Source: Octopus vulgaris (taxonomy: Eukaryota). From it: a DNA stretch of 64,000 nt. A program made the position numbers and the translations under genes. The stretch spans positions 58,280,001 to 58,344,000 of the forward strand of contig OX597827.1 of NCBI GenBank assembly GCA_951406725.2. Reading direction: 5' to 3'. Below, piece by piece: positions 13,591 through 26,842 of this stretch. The notes beneath the pieces are model-generated. The model was not told the DNA's origin. It worked only from the letters and a program-made list of their open reading frames with translations, and ran no database searches. Position 1 is the stretch's first letter, and each line of letters starts with the position of its first letter.

Positions 13591-14776
13591 TTGGGTTATC
13601 CCATAAATAAATAAGTTTTTTTTTTATATTTCTTTTATTTTTCAAAATTAAGATGACCAAAGTTTTTTTTTAAATCTAAGATATACTCTCCTTCATTTTC
13701 TACAATGCTCTTCCATCTACCTGGTAGACTTGCAAGGTCCCTCTTCCAAAATTCACTTGTCCTTGATGAAAAATACTCTTCTAGTACTGTTCTGACCTCG
13801 TCTACAGAATTCATATTTTTTCCATCCAAATGATTTTGAAGACTGCGGAATAAATGATTATCAGATGAGTCAATGTCTTGTGAATATGGTGTGTGGGGCA
13901 TCATTTCTCATTTAAACTTCTCCAGCCTTTGGAATGTCATCCTCGCTGTATGTGACCAAGCATTATCCTAATGGAAGAACAACTTTTGTCTTGAAACCAA
14001 GCACTGACTTAAGCTGGTTGCAGTAGAGCTCCTTTGTTATCATTTGGTTTGTTTAAAAGTTCAACGTGGACTAAACCTTTCACATGGGGTGCTGGTATTT
14101 CTCCTTTCCCTACTCACTGTTTTCAGCACTTGACATTTTATAGAGAACCCATTTCTTGACACCAGTCACTATTCAGTCCAAAAAAGGTTCATTCATGAAA
14201 CTTGACAGCAAAGTAGAGCACACATTCACTCTCTGCACACACAGTTAGACTCAGAAAGTTTGTGAGGAACCCATTGACCCAATTTGCTGACTTTTCTGAT
14301 GGCACGCAGTTGTCAATGAATGGTTGAATGACCAAATATAAGCTTCTCTGGTAGTTCCTGAACAGTTACAGTGGGATTTTGTTCCATCGGGGTTTGCAGG
14401 ACTTCCTTGCCGAGCTCTACAGATCTTCCAAGACGCTTCTTGGCTGTAGTTTCTATCGCTGAATTGACACAGGTTTACACTTACTGTCTGATTCCTGTAT
14501 ACTGCATTAATATTCCTTGCATCTTCTGTTGTGTTGTTGCCTTTATTGAATTCATAAAGCAAAATATGCCGAATGTGCTCCTTTGTCACTTCCATTATAG
14601 CTTTGAGAAAAATAACTTAAAATCAAACTGCACTCTTCAAAACTTGCACTGAGAATAAATGCAAGGTACAATTACTACCTGCTTTTATAGCAGGTTGATG
14701 CAGGTCGTCTATCCTGTTCCCCTCTGACTTTTGGTTCATGAAATTGAAAAAGCACATTATTTATGGGATGACCCAA
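13591..14776 (-). mobile_element. Near full-length defective mariner (Tc1/mariner, DD34D type) transposon
   Basis: TIRs ttgggttatcccataaataa / ttatttatgggatgacccaa, TA on the left flank, internal transposase remnants. Confidence 0.93.
13635..14595 (-). pseudogene. Frameshifted mariner transposase
   Basis: MEVTKEHIRHILLYEF start, QWVPHKL, IVTGVKKWVLY (cf. VTGDEKW), H*DNA, PYSQDIDSSDNHLF (cf. YSPDLAPSDYHLF), RWKSIVENEGEYI; stops and frameshifts throughout. Confidence 0.92.
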
Positions 14777-15597
14777 TGCTTCCTCTTTGTATATATTTGT
14801 AGAGAATATTTTCTTTCAGTATCTGAAATGTATTCATAACATAGCATACCCTTGTTCTATTTTTTATTTTTTCCTTTTCTCTGCTCTTTGTAGCTTACTC
14901 ACTAGTTTCAGGGCGTGGTGCCACCCAGCTTGGGAACCACTGCTGAAAATGTTCTAATTAGTACAAAACCTTTAAAGTATTTGGTCCACAGCATTCATAT
15001 TCATGGCTTGTAGAGCATTAGAGTTGTTTGGTGTTTATGAGGAGGGGAGCCAATTAACTAGTGAATCTAGAAATAAAGTTTTTTTAGAATACAACAGACA
15101 TTTAGAACTACACATGATACCTATATACTACATAATGTGTGAATCAACCACATTTACATGTAAAAACATACTATTTTTAAATCAATACTGTTGATGTCAA
15201 GAAAACATAAATGAAATACTAAACTGACAACTTTTTTCTTTATTCTTTTATTCATTCCCCCAATTTCTCTAATTTATGCAGGAGTCAGTTTCTAACATTG
15301 AGAATTAACTTCCCATCCTTGAAGTTTAACTGAGAAATGGTACCAGTCAGATCTTAGGAGAACATTTTGCCTCAAGTTACCAGACTAAATTTAATGTCTT
15401 GCTTTTATGTTTTTTTATTATGCTAATAGTCCCAACATTTCAAGGTTACTGCTTTATTATTTAGTCATGTATTTATTTCACTGCTTAATATTATTAGTTA
15501 CTCAAACGTAAATTAATAAGCAAAGTTTATGTATAAAGCTATGGTTTCTAAGAGTGTATGCACATGTAAATATGGTATGTGTGTGTATATATATAAG

Positions 15598-15900
15598 TGG
15601 AGGCGCAATGGCCCAGTGTTTAGGGCAGCGGATTCGCGGTCGTAGGATTGTGGTTTCGATTCCCAGACCGGGCGTTGTGAGTGTTTATTGAGCGAAAACA
15701 CCTAATTCTCCACGAGGCTCTGGCAGGAGGTGGCCGCAATCCCTGCTGTACTCTTTCGCCACAACTTTCTCTCACTCTTTTTTCTGTTGGCCTGCTCGCT
15801 TAGCCAGCGGGGTGGCATCATTTGAAGGCTAAAATAATGCGTAGCACATTGTGACCAGCGATGTGTAACAACATCTGATAGCCTGGGCGGTCACGGTGAT
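15598..15900 (+). mobile_element. tRNA(Arg-like)-derived SINE, head type 1, tail type Y
   Basis: First ~190 nt nearly identical to the 1008 copy, then an unrelated 3' tail; sits in a (TA)n tract. Confidence 0.88.
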
Positions 15901-15910
15901 ATATATATAT

Positions 15911-16326
15911 AGGCGTAGGAGTGGCTGTGTGGTAAGTAGGTTGCTTACCAACCACATGTTTTCCGGTTCAGTCCCACTGCGTGGCACCTTGGGTAGATGT
16001 CTTCTACTATAGCCTCAGGCCAACCAAAGACTTGTGAGTGGATTTGGTAGACAGAAACTGAAAGAAGCCCATCGTATATATATATATATATATATATATG
16101 AATATATTTGCGTGTGTGTGTGTTTTTGTATATCTGTGTCCCCCCAACATCACTTGATAACCGATGCTGGTGTGTTTACGTTCCCGTAACTTAGTGACTC
16201 AGCAAAAGAGACCGGTGGAATAAGTACTAGGCTTACAAAGAATAACCCTGGGGGTCGATTTGCTCGACTAAAAAGGCGGTGCTCCAGCATGGCCACAGTC
16301 AAATGACTGAAACAAGTAAAAGAGTA
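15911..16326 (+). mobile_element. SINE family C (tRNA head, CORE-like ccttgggcaag motif, internal TA/TG microsatellite), full length
   Basis: ggcgtaggagtggctgtgtggtaag...ggttcagtccc...gaaacaagtaaaagagta, matching copies at 53672 and 59388. Confidence 0.9.
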
Positions 16327-18889
16327 TATATATATTTATATATATATACTCTTTGTGTATATGTATGTGTACTGTGTGTATGTATATAAATATATATATA
16401 TATACATACATACACACACATAATAAATATAATGTATATGTTGAGATGTGCATGCACATGTGTGAAAACTGGTTCTGAAAAGAAACTAATAAATGAATTT
16501 ACTGTTGATAAATGGGATTGGATGAAACTTGTCTGCTATAGGTCAAAAGTTGAATCATGTCCTCTGGAGCTCCTCCACTAAATGCTAGTGGTGGTGGCTA
16601 GAGTAATTTGCAGTTTGTTTAAACTCTAGTGACACTACTACTGTAGCTGTTTGGCCTCATCATTCCAGCTACTGTGTGTGTATGTATGTATGTGTGTGTG
16701 TGTGTGTGCAGGGTTTTATCTCTCTCCAATGAAAACAATGTAAGCCAACTTTTAGTTATAGGTCAAGGCTCTCTATACTTAAACAATCCCTCTGCTGACT
16801 CACACCCAGTCACTAACAAGTACACTTAAAACAAGCTGCTTTTTAAAAATTTTTATTGTTTATTTTGTATTATATTTTTTGTCTCTTTATTTATTTTAAA
16901 TATCTTAGCCAACTAAAACACATTGCAAAATGTTCATTAACTGATACTCAGCATTCATCATCTAATTGTATAGTGTTTACTGCTAAGTTACTATTCCTTC
17001 TACTATCAGTATGTTAGTAATAAAACACACACACACATGCTTCCTTCTCTCTTCCCACTTCCCATTTCTCTGGGTTTTTTTTATTCCTCTTTTTCCTGTT
17101 ATGCCTCTATTATCCCAGTACTTTCTCACAGTTCTCTCTCTCTCTGTTTTATTTCCAATAATTATATTTTTTCTCTTCTTTTTGTATGGGTTATATTAGC
17201 TCCTTTACTTTGTCTAGTACTTGTTGTAGCAACCTCAATCTGGCCCTCTGTTTCCAGTAAAGGAAAGGCAAAATCTGTGGATATAAAGTGTCATAGCTAA
17301 ATACCACAAGATGTCTTTGTTTTCCCCCTCCTGGCCACAAATTGTGACATCTCCCACCAACCAGTATGTACACACACAATGAGTAGTTATTGTGTACCAA
17401 ATTTGACTCACAAAGCTATGGTGAATGTCATTTTCCTAAAATATTGCACACACTGAAATTGAACCCAGAACCATGTACTTTAATGGTCATGCACAGAGAT
17501 TTAAATGCATCATCATGTTTTCCTAGTAGAAAATTGGCCTTCATTGACTTGAGATTTCACATGGTTGTTAGTTGAATAATCTCAATTTTGCTCTAGTTAA
17601 ATTTCTTTACATTGTTAGTTCCGATCCTGCTGAAGTTGACTCTACCTTTCATACCTCGAAGGGTTAAAAATCTCTTCTTTGTAAAAAAAAAAAAATCTCC
17701 AGCCCTGTGTCCTAAAAAAGGTAATTTTCTATGGAAAATGTTGAGATCATTTAGTTTAGATGTTTCCACAAGTTGCAATTTACATAGATCTCATTTACAA
17801 CTTGAACAATTACAATTTGTCATTAGACCAATAATTTTTACTAATTTCCAGATTTGATAAGTCAATAAAGCATCCCTTACATGGTGGCTCTAATTGCTAG
17901 ATATAGCAGCTAAATCTCCTTTAATCCATGTCCTAATGTTTAAAAAAAACTCTGGATGCACTGGATAATAAAATAGACTGGGGATACATTGCCCCCAAAA
18001 TATAAAGAATGTATGGTTATAGCTGGAATGTTTTTTTATCTTACATAGGTTTGTTGACTGAAGGCTGACAGCATCCAAATCTGTTGAATAAGCATAAAAC
18101 AAATCACATGTCAAAATATTTAAAATGACAAAGACAAGAAACATTGACACTCAACTGTTTAGCCCCAGATGTTTAGAGGTGTCTGTTTGCAAGAGAGGAT
18201 GTGCTATTTATCTAGAGTTGATACTGTTTATCGACTAATAAATGTTGTCAGTTTATCTATTTAATCTCCCTCTTAATTGGAGTTACAGCAGTCTGAGCTT
18301 AATTTCATCCATGAAGGCCATCGAGATTATCACTAATTTGAAATAGGATTTGCCTTAAATGGTATTTGATTTACTCAAAATACCTTTACCATAAGTAATC
18401 TGTGAGAAAAGCCACTAAAACATTTATATAAAATTTCATGTTCCTTCTCTTCAGACATAAGTTTTAATGCTCTTTCAAAATAATAAAAAAAAAAGAATAT
18501 CACTAAGCGCTAAACAAACAAAACTTGCCATGCATGCATATGTCTAATTGTTTACACGGATATAAGATTATATCGTCATCACCACTTATCACATCCACTT
18601 TTCCATGCTATGCATGGATTACATAGAATCCATTGAGGCAAAGCTTCCATTGCTGGATGCCCTCCCTTCCTGACATTAACTCTCGTCTATCTCTTAAGTG
18701 GGGAGACATGTTTATATGGACCATTGGAAGCTGATGACACAGCTTGTATAATGTTGATTGGCTTACAACCATCACATGATGTCAAAACAAAGGGACACGC
18801 AATATATACACACACGTGTGTGTGTGTGTGTATGAGTGGGTTTACTCAGAAGTTCACGTATGTGGACAACTGCCAAACACCCTCTCCTC

Positions 18890-19180
18890 ACCCCCAAAAG
18901 ATTAGGAGAAGGAGAATAACACCCCTTTTCAACCTAGAAGTTTCCACCAAAGTAACTAGGGGGCTTCCTGTCATTAAGAAACACTTCTCTAGGGGCCATA
19001 AATATTACAAACTCTTCAATCCCCATAATATCAAGGTGAGCTACTCCTGCTTAGACAACATCACATCTAACGTTGCATGCATCAACAGATGTAAAAATGC
19101 ACCCACACCACCCCCAACCCTAACCACCGAAATGCCAGCATGTGCCCACTGGAAGGATCTTGTCTTTCAAGTTGGTTTAG
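18890..19180 (+). mobile_element. Penelope-like element ORF fragment (RT thumb to Cys-rich linker)
   Basis: RRRR..FNLEVST..IKKHFSRGHKYYKLFNPHNIKVSYSCLDNI, then in another frame CPLEGSCL; typical of the PLE region preceding GIY-YIG. Confidence 0.75.
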
Positions 19181-19211
19181 CACCCTTCTTTCGTTTGTCC
19201 ACTAACTCGTA

Positions 19212-19250
<39 letters not shown>

Positions 19251-19254
19251 GGGA

Positions 19255-19483
19255 GTCTGGCAGCGGCCACGATCAGTTGGTGCTTTTAATGGTGGCACGT
19301 TAAAGGCACCAACCGATTGTGGCTGCTGCCAGACTCCCCTGGCACATAAAAAGCACCCACTACACTCACGGAGTGGTTGGCGTTAGGAAGGGCATCCAGC
19401 TGTAGAAACACTGTCAGATCCTGGTCGAACTGTGCCACCCATGCTAGCGCAGAAAACGGACGTTAAACGATGATGATGATGAT
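19255..19483 (+). mobile_element. RTE-related SINE/LINE 3' tail
   Basis: ggttggcgttaggaagggcatccagctgtagaaac...aaaacggacgttaaacgatgatgatgatg; reverse copies at 35700 and 59975. Confidence 0.8.
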
Positions 19484-19847
19484 ATATATATGAGGGCTTC
19501 TCTTTGATTTTCTTCTACCAGGTTCTCTCACAAGTCTTAAGTTGGCCCAAGGCTATTATAGTAGAAGGCTTTGCCCAAAGTGCCACACAGTAGCATGTGG
19601 TTGGGAAGCTAACTACTTACCACATAGCCATGGTTGTGAGTGAATGTCATTATCAGGCAAATAGTGTCATTTGTTTCCTGTCTTCCATGAAAACACATCT
19701 GACTAAGGGAAAAGTTCTACCTTACTTGGTAACAGATAACGATCCATGTCAGAAATGGCATCTGACTAGAAAATCTGCCTCAACAGATTGTCTGATCCAC
19801 ATGGGTACAGGCAAGAATTTCAAAACAGCACTTGTTACCCTCATACT

Positions 19848-20130
19848 TTAACCCCTTAGCATTCACATTGTTTTGAATTAATCATGCATTCGCTGCTATA
19901 ACCACTAGGCCATGTGCCTCCACTCCACTGTCAAATATAATGCTTATTTATTCACATTGTTTTGAATTAGTCATGCATCATTTTGTAGCTTTGAGATTTC
20001 AATGATGTCATTCTTTACATTTAGAATGACATTGTAAGGCTGGTGTAAGAGGCCAAGTCTGTCAAGTTTTAACATAAAACAGGTAGAATATTGAAGTTGG
20101 ATATGGCCAGTTTAAATGCTAAAGGGTTAA
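19848..20130 (+). mobile_element. piggyBac-like MITE family A with internal duplication
   Basis: ttaaccccttagcatt ... aatgctaaagggttaa. Confidence 0.85.
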
Positions 20131-20206
20131 GGAATGAATATTCCTAGGAAGAAAATTTTACTATCAAATAACTTCATGAATCGTTGGGAGGTCTCTATAT
20201 TATGAC

Positions 20207-20345
20207 TTGACTTGCTGGGAATAGCCACCAAGCCTCCTTCAAATTAAACCCTACCATCTTCAAAGAAAGAAGCAGACAGACTGATGTAGTTCTAGATACA
20301 ATGTCTTAGAAAAGACAGGATAGCTATGACTGGATTGCCTTTGAT
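20207..20345 (+). repeat. Unclassified dispersed repeat family E (other copies ~17890, 22487, 22940 reverse, 29490, 43455, 44048, 48830, 56555)
   Basis: Shared ttgacttgctagaaatagcagccaaatctcc...ggataatgtagtc...gacaggat-like sequence; longer copies end taaacaacaac. Confidence 0.65.
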
Positions 20346-20971
20346 ATTTGATGTATAATGCAAGTAATCATAAACCTTTTCAACTGAATGACAAATCAGT
20401 AACCATGCATTATAAATGTTAGATTTCTGCGTGTATTATGGAGATGCAATAAAAAGCGTGGAGGCTTGAAAGCTGGATGATGCAAGCTTTGATAAGTTTT
20501 TTTTCTTTTTTCTTCTTAGTAACTAACCAACACCAGTGAAAAATAATAATGTGTGTGTTGCCAAGGCTAATGTGTCCTTCAAATACATCAATCGTCAATA
20601 TCTTGTTTGTTTAAATTTTCTATCTGGCTGTTAGCAATGATCACTTCTGCATTAGTATTCCATTAATTGCTCCCCACTGTGTTATAATTAATTCCCATGA
20701 TGAAGCAATTATTTTACCATGACAGATTATTTTATTTTGAACAGATATCATTTTAAACAGCAATTTTAGCATAAATTTTACTTGAAATCACTAATCTGTG
20801 ATGATGTCCTTATAGTTATTTTATTTATTTTTTTGATTGACAAACTTTTATAGTCTAAATCATGTAATTATTTACACATATTAGCAGTGGTGATGTTGGT
20901 TTGTCAGTTCTGCATAAATAGTTAGCTCTTGATTTTTAAAACAGCTAGAAAGGGAACTGAATTAGGTTCTA

Positions 20972-21390
20972 TTAATCCTTTTTCTGACCATGAAATAATA
21001 CACAGCATGTGTATTTCAATTAATTTCAAAAATAATCAAGAATTTATAAAATAGCTTTTTTTTTTAATTAATTAATTAAACTGGTCTTTGAAATGCCACT
21101 TAACAAAAAAGTTCTTGTATAAAATCATAAAGGAAGGTTTTTAAATATAAATACTTTCAAAGGTTTGGCATAATAAAGCTAGAGTTTTGTGTGGGGTTGT
21201 ATCTGAAGAGTTAACCTTTTTGATACCAACCTGCTTGAAACTGCCCCAGGTTCTACAATAGTCTGCTTGTTTTAAAGTAGCCTAAATTAAAACCATCAAA
21301 ATTTCTATTTATTTTATGTTCCAAACACCAGCTTAATAATGACATGAAGGTATATATTTCAAAAAACAAATTATGGCATCAAGAGGTTAA
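20972..21390. mobile_element. Two piggyBac-like MITE family B copies head-to-head sharing one TTAA (21211-21214)
   Basis: ttaatccttttt...gaagagttaa followed by ttaacctttttgatacc...aagaggttaa; homologous to the 51097 copy. Confidence 0.7.
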
Positions 21391-22005
21391 ATAAGCTTGT
21401 TTAAATCTTGTGGTATTATTGTTCTGAGTTTTAAATACATGTGGCAGTTTTCATAATTCATAGTGGGTTTCTTAGCATCAATACTATTTTTCTTTTTTTC
21501 TAAGTAGTACCCGAGTCATTCCTCCTCACTGTCTCTCACAAATTTGGCCTTGTGTTTCAGAAAGAAAACAATATTTGTCTGTAATAAATCCTCTAAATTG
21601 CAATGCCTCACCGACTCCTGGACCTACATATTGACATTTTGAAAATAATACTATTTATCTTGTTCAGGCCATTTTGTAATTTGATTCAGAACAAAAAGCA
21701 AGTACACTGTAAACATATAACTGAAGTTTGTTTGAAATATTTTGTTTCCTTGTCATGATTGAATGTAAACAGATGCTTTGAAAGCTGATCTTAGTAGTGT
21801 GTTGTTCATTCATAACTTTTTTTTCTTCTTTCTCATAGTATCATTTTCCATCTCTTTTCTGACCATTTATTTAAAGATTTGTAAATTTAGTGGCAAAGAA
21901 AGCTAGAAAAACTTGTAGCTATATCAGAAATATTTATTCTATATCTTTGCATTAATTTGGGTGATAGGTTTGTTTCAAACAGTTTCCATATTTTTTTCCT
22001 GTATA

Positions 22006-22042
<37 letters not shown>

Positions 22043-22659
22043 CTACAAATATCCAATTATCTTTTGTAGTATGACTGGTGTTTTTTTTCTTTTTTATACA
22101 TTTAGATATTTTTGTTAATTAATTAATGTAAATATATTTTAAGATACAACAAAGCTATGAGAGATATCTTCTACCTCAGTACCTAAAACTAATTTTGATT
22201 GTGGGTAGAATATAGTTTAATTAATGCTACTTGTTTCTGGAATGACATTTAATTACATTATATTTTCCCACCGCAAAGTAAAAACATATCTTTGACATAA
22301 TTATTATCTCTGGCAAACTGTTAGTTTTCACAGTAATGAAAACTGTTATTGTTTGTCTTTTTCTTTAAAAAATACCTTCAGTTTATGAAGGTTTTTTTAT
22401 GTTCTTTTTATAATCATCAGAAAAATAGATTTCCAAATTATCTGTAACTGCTTATGAGAGATCAAGCCAATGAGGGAAGGGAGGTTACTTGTCATGTTAG
22501 AAATAGTAACCAAATCTCCTTAAGCAGACCTTATCTTTAAAAAAGGACACATTGGATACTGTAGTTCAAGGTACACTGTTCCTGCAAAAAAAAAACACAA
22601 AAAACATACAGAGTCAAATGACTGAAACAAGTAAAAGTGTAAAGTAAAAGAATACATAT

Positions 22660-22876
22660 TTCTTTACAACCACAAGGGGCTAAACACAGAGCGGACAAAC
22701 AAGGACAGACAAAGGGATTAAGTCGATTACATCGACCCCAGTGCGTAACTGGTACTTATTTAATTGACCCCGAAAGGATGAAAGGCAAAGTCGACCTTGG
22801 CGGAATTTGAACTCAGAACATAGCCACAAACGAAATGCTGCTGAGCATTTCGCCTGGTGTGCTAACGTTTCTGTCA
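22660..22876 (-). mobile_element. SINE family D, well-preserved copy
   Basis: gattacatcgaccccagtgcgtaactggtacttattt...gaaaggcaaagtcgacc...gaatttgaactcagaac. Confidence 0.88.
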
Positions 22877-24957
22877 TCTAGAATATAACTAAACAAACAT
22901 TACAATTGACAGAGTAATCTGAACATTAAAGGGTTAATGATGTTTCAGCCAGGACCCTCTTACTGTTTTTTTATGTTGTTTTTTTCCCCACATTGTGTGT
23001 ATCTTGGACTATATTATCAGATGTTTCTACTTAAATAAAAAAATTTTAAAAATTAATGTAGTGTGTGATTGTGATTTCAGGCAGATTTGGCTGTTATTTC
23101 TAACAGGTCATGCAATTACCATTGAAGTTCCCTCTTTAGCTCAAACATACACATAGTACAAGTAGTGGAGTATGGAGTACCCAAGAGGGCACTTTGCAAT
23201 TTGGAGTTTGATGTTGTTTATAAGTCAAGTAGCAGTAATATATTAATGTTAAATCACTCAATGTTCTCCCATTCCTTTTTGCTTTCAAGTAAGAAATTAC
23301 ACATGTGCATGTACACACATTAGTGCACACTATATTTGTAAATTCTTTTTGTTATTTCACTTTTTTCTTTTAGTTAATTACAATTTGTTAGTTAATCTAT
23401 CCATTTAGTAGCTAGTTAAGTGAGTCATTGAATATTTCATCTAATTTCGTCTGGCTTAAATTATTGACTAGTGTTCCTAGTAAACACTATTCAACAATTT
23501 ATTTTCAGTATATCTACTTAAGATTGATTGCTAGTTAGACATATTTAATGGGTTGTGATTATGTTAAAAACTACTTCATATAAATTATGATTAATAGCTG
23601 GACAAATCTGTGCAAGTAACCTGGCTTCACCTTGTCATACCACCTTCAATTTCTTCTGCATGTTTTGCAATTTCATTTGTGTTTTTGTGAGGGCAGTTAA
23701 CTCATTTATCATTTGTGGCTATCACATTCGTTCTCTTCTCTCTTCTTCTCTATCACATGCTTAACCTGAATCCATCTTCAGCAAACTAGATAAGTTACCA
23801 AAGCTCATTCTCTTTCACATTTATCACTGCATATCTAGTGTATTAATTATACATTCTCTCTATTCTTTGCTTTATTTATTCATTCTTATTGCTGCTGTTA
23901 CTATTAACGCTGCACAGGCATCAGACTAACATAACATTGCCATCTCAAACCAAAAGTCTTTCTGTCATTACACATCAATAGATTCTAAAATCTTTCACCC
24001 AGTAAAATTATGATGCGTTCATTAGGTCATTTTCATAAATAATAATAATAATAATAATAAGCTTTCTTTTATCCTAATTTTAGCCAAACAGCATTGTAAA
24101 GGGAGACCGTTTTTCTTTTCTTTTTCACATGTGAATTTAATACTAAATGCACCATGTTCTTTGTGTGCTGGTGCAATTAGAATCTTGGTAATGTGAAAGT
24201 TATATCAAGTTTCTATTTGTTTCTTTATTTCTTGTCAACTGAAGAAAGCTGCTTTCTTCATTCGTATGCTGCTCATTAACAATTTTGAATTTTCCCATCT
24301 TCACCTTAATACCCTAAATTCCTCACTACCGTATTTCCATGCATTAATTTTAAGCCATTACTTCTTTATTCTGTTCGTTCAGCAATGCAATCTAATTGAT
24401 TGAACTCTGCTATGAGAGCTGAATTCATTGTGATGGCAAGAAAAGTCAAATGATGGGAACAGAACCTGAATAAAGACTTAGCTGGACTTCAAATTCCTCT
24501 TCAACATGTATAATTAGCTCGATTCTGCTTCTAACATTTACATGATTGGCTTAACAGTACCACACCTAACTTATTCATTATCCAACAGACTAACTTCTAG
24601 GTCAACAGAACTGATGCTTAATTGCTTGTTTTAGCCAACTATTTTCTCTTCCACTCCCACTTCTGAAGCTCCCCTGCACAGTAGGAATATGGCATTAGCC
24701 AACATTTGTCCTTGGCGGAGTTCCAAGCTCCATGGTGTCTGTCTTGAATCATTATGGTAACTAACTTAAATGTTATCCACCTTTATCACTTTGTCTCTTT
24801 TTTTCTTTTTTTGCTTTCTTCCTTTCCTTGTTTCCTTCTTTTTTTCTCTTCTGCTTTCTAATTTCTCTCCCTTTGTGATAGAACTGAGCTGGATGGTACA
24901 CAGACACATGTTCTCTTCATCTTTTTACTCCCCACTCTATACACATGTGTATGTGTG

Positions 24958-24999
<42 letters not shown>

Positions 25000-26174
25000 C
25001 TCAGTTTTTCTTATATTATGATACGCATTTGATAATAGCTGATATAAAAGCAGGGTTCATGCAGCTTGTTATCAACCATTCCTTTTTTTTCTTCTTTTTT
25101 TGTTGGTTTCCTTCTCGCCTCATCTTCTTGCCCCATCTTCCCTTCCTTCTTTGAACCTGATCTTACTCCCTGTGCACATCCTGCTCTCCACCAACATCGT
25201 CGGCCTCACCAGTTTAAGAGAAAGATACCATGTCCCCCCCCCCCCCCGTCTCAGCCTAAATAACAATAACAGAAACTACATAAATAATATTTTGCAAAAT
25301 GATTTCAATAGTGTGAGATTTCATTTATGATTGTAAATTATTTACTACGCTCTCTACTAACCTACTTTCTACTCATCATATTGCAAATCAGTGTTACATT
25401 TGTAATTTGTTTTATTTTTCATTTGGATATAAATTATTTTTCGTGTTACATGTCCTGTCCATATGGTAGTGCAGTTGTATTTTCTGTATATATTCAGTTT
25501 TGATTTTGAAGAGCATTTTCTTATATCTCCCTTTCACAGTCAGTTGATGCTTATTTGTACATTGGCTAGAATCTTTTGCAGTATTTATTTTCACTTCACT
25601 GTTCTAAGTTCAAATCCTACAGGGATCAGCTTTGCTTTTCATTCTTTCAAGGTCAATAAAATACTAATCAAATACTGGAAGTCTACTCTTTGTCTTCTGG
25701 TTCTCTCTTTTGTTAATGTAACATATAAATTATGCACCAGAAACTTACCTCTATTGGACAAGAGTCTGACAGAATCCATAGAAGCAGGTACCAATGAGCC
25801 AAGCAACAGTTCTAGTCAGTCGTTTCTTATAGGTGCAGATTCCCTATGTTTATTACCTGTATTTCATTGCTTCAAAGACACCACTGTCTTAGATATAATT
25901 ACAGTCTGTATTTCATCCCGATTGAAGCTTCTCCCACCCAACTCATACTCTAAAGCTCACTACTACCATTTTTATGACTCTGACGGTTCTTTTCTCTAGT
26001 TACCTTAGATTATCTCATTCAGTATCTGTTAAAAAAAAGTAATTATAATCAAAATTTTAATGACAGCACATTCATAAATTGAAAGACCTATTATTAATAT
26101 CTCATTAACTTTGCTTGATCTCATTGTGTGTTTCTTCCATTCAAAGACTTGTTGATGGTATAACAGCCATTATG

Positions 26175-26842
26175 TTCTCTTGTTTCTGGCACTGGGCTGT
26201 GACCATACTGGGGCACCACATTGAAGGGTTTATTTAATCCAGTGGTTCTCAACCATTTTTTGCCTATGGACCCATATGATTTCTATTTTACTCCACTTTT
26301 TTAAAACATCAAATGGCTATGGGGTCCCCATAGCCATTTGATGTTTTAAAAAATTTCGTTATATTTTTATAATTAAATATTAGGAATTGTATAAGAAAAA
26401 ATTGATAAAATATTTTCTGCACTGTAGAAGTATAACCAAGAACATAATTTTTAACAACAAAATCTTATATAGACCCCCAAGGGCCATACAGACCCCAGTT
26501 GAAAACCACTGGTTTAGTCAAACTAATCAACCTTAGTATATCTTTTTTCATGCCTAGTACTTATTCCATCAGTCTCTTTTCCCAAATCACTAAGTTACAA
26601 GGAATATTAACAAACCAACACTGTTTTGTCAAGCCAGTAGCAAGGGGGACAAAGGCATACACACACACACACACACACACAAAACAGGCTTCTTTCAGTT
26701 TCTATCTGCCAGATTCACTCACAAGGCCTGAGTCAGCCTGATGCTATAGTATAAGACATTTGCGGAAGGTGATGCACAGCATGACTAAACTCAAGACTGT
26801 ATGGATGGGCAGCAAGCTTCTCAACCACACAGCTATGCCTGA
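26175..26842 (-). mobile_element. SINE family C interrupted by a hAT MITE
   Basis: Family C tail and head on either side of 26240-26511. Confidence 0.75.
26240..26511. mobile_element. hAT (Charlie-like) MITE
   Basis: TIRs cagtggttctcaac / gttgaaaaccactg, 8-bp TSD atttaatc / gtttagtc (6/8); partial second copy ~40900-41046. Confidence 0.85.

Noticed and set aside
25463-25999. 178-aa ORF
   Set aside because: Crosses a SINE fragment, non-coding composition, no splice or homology support
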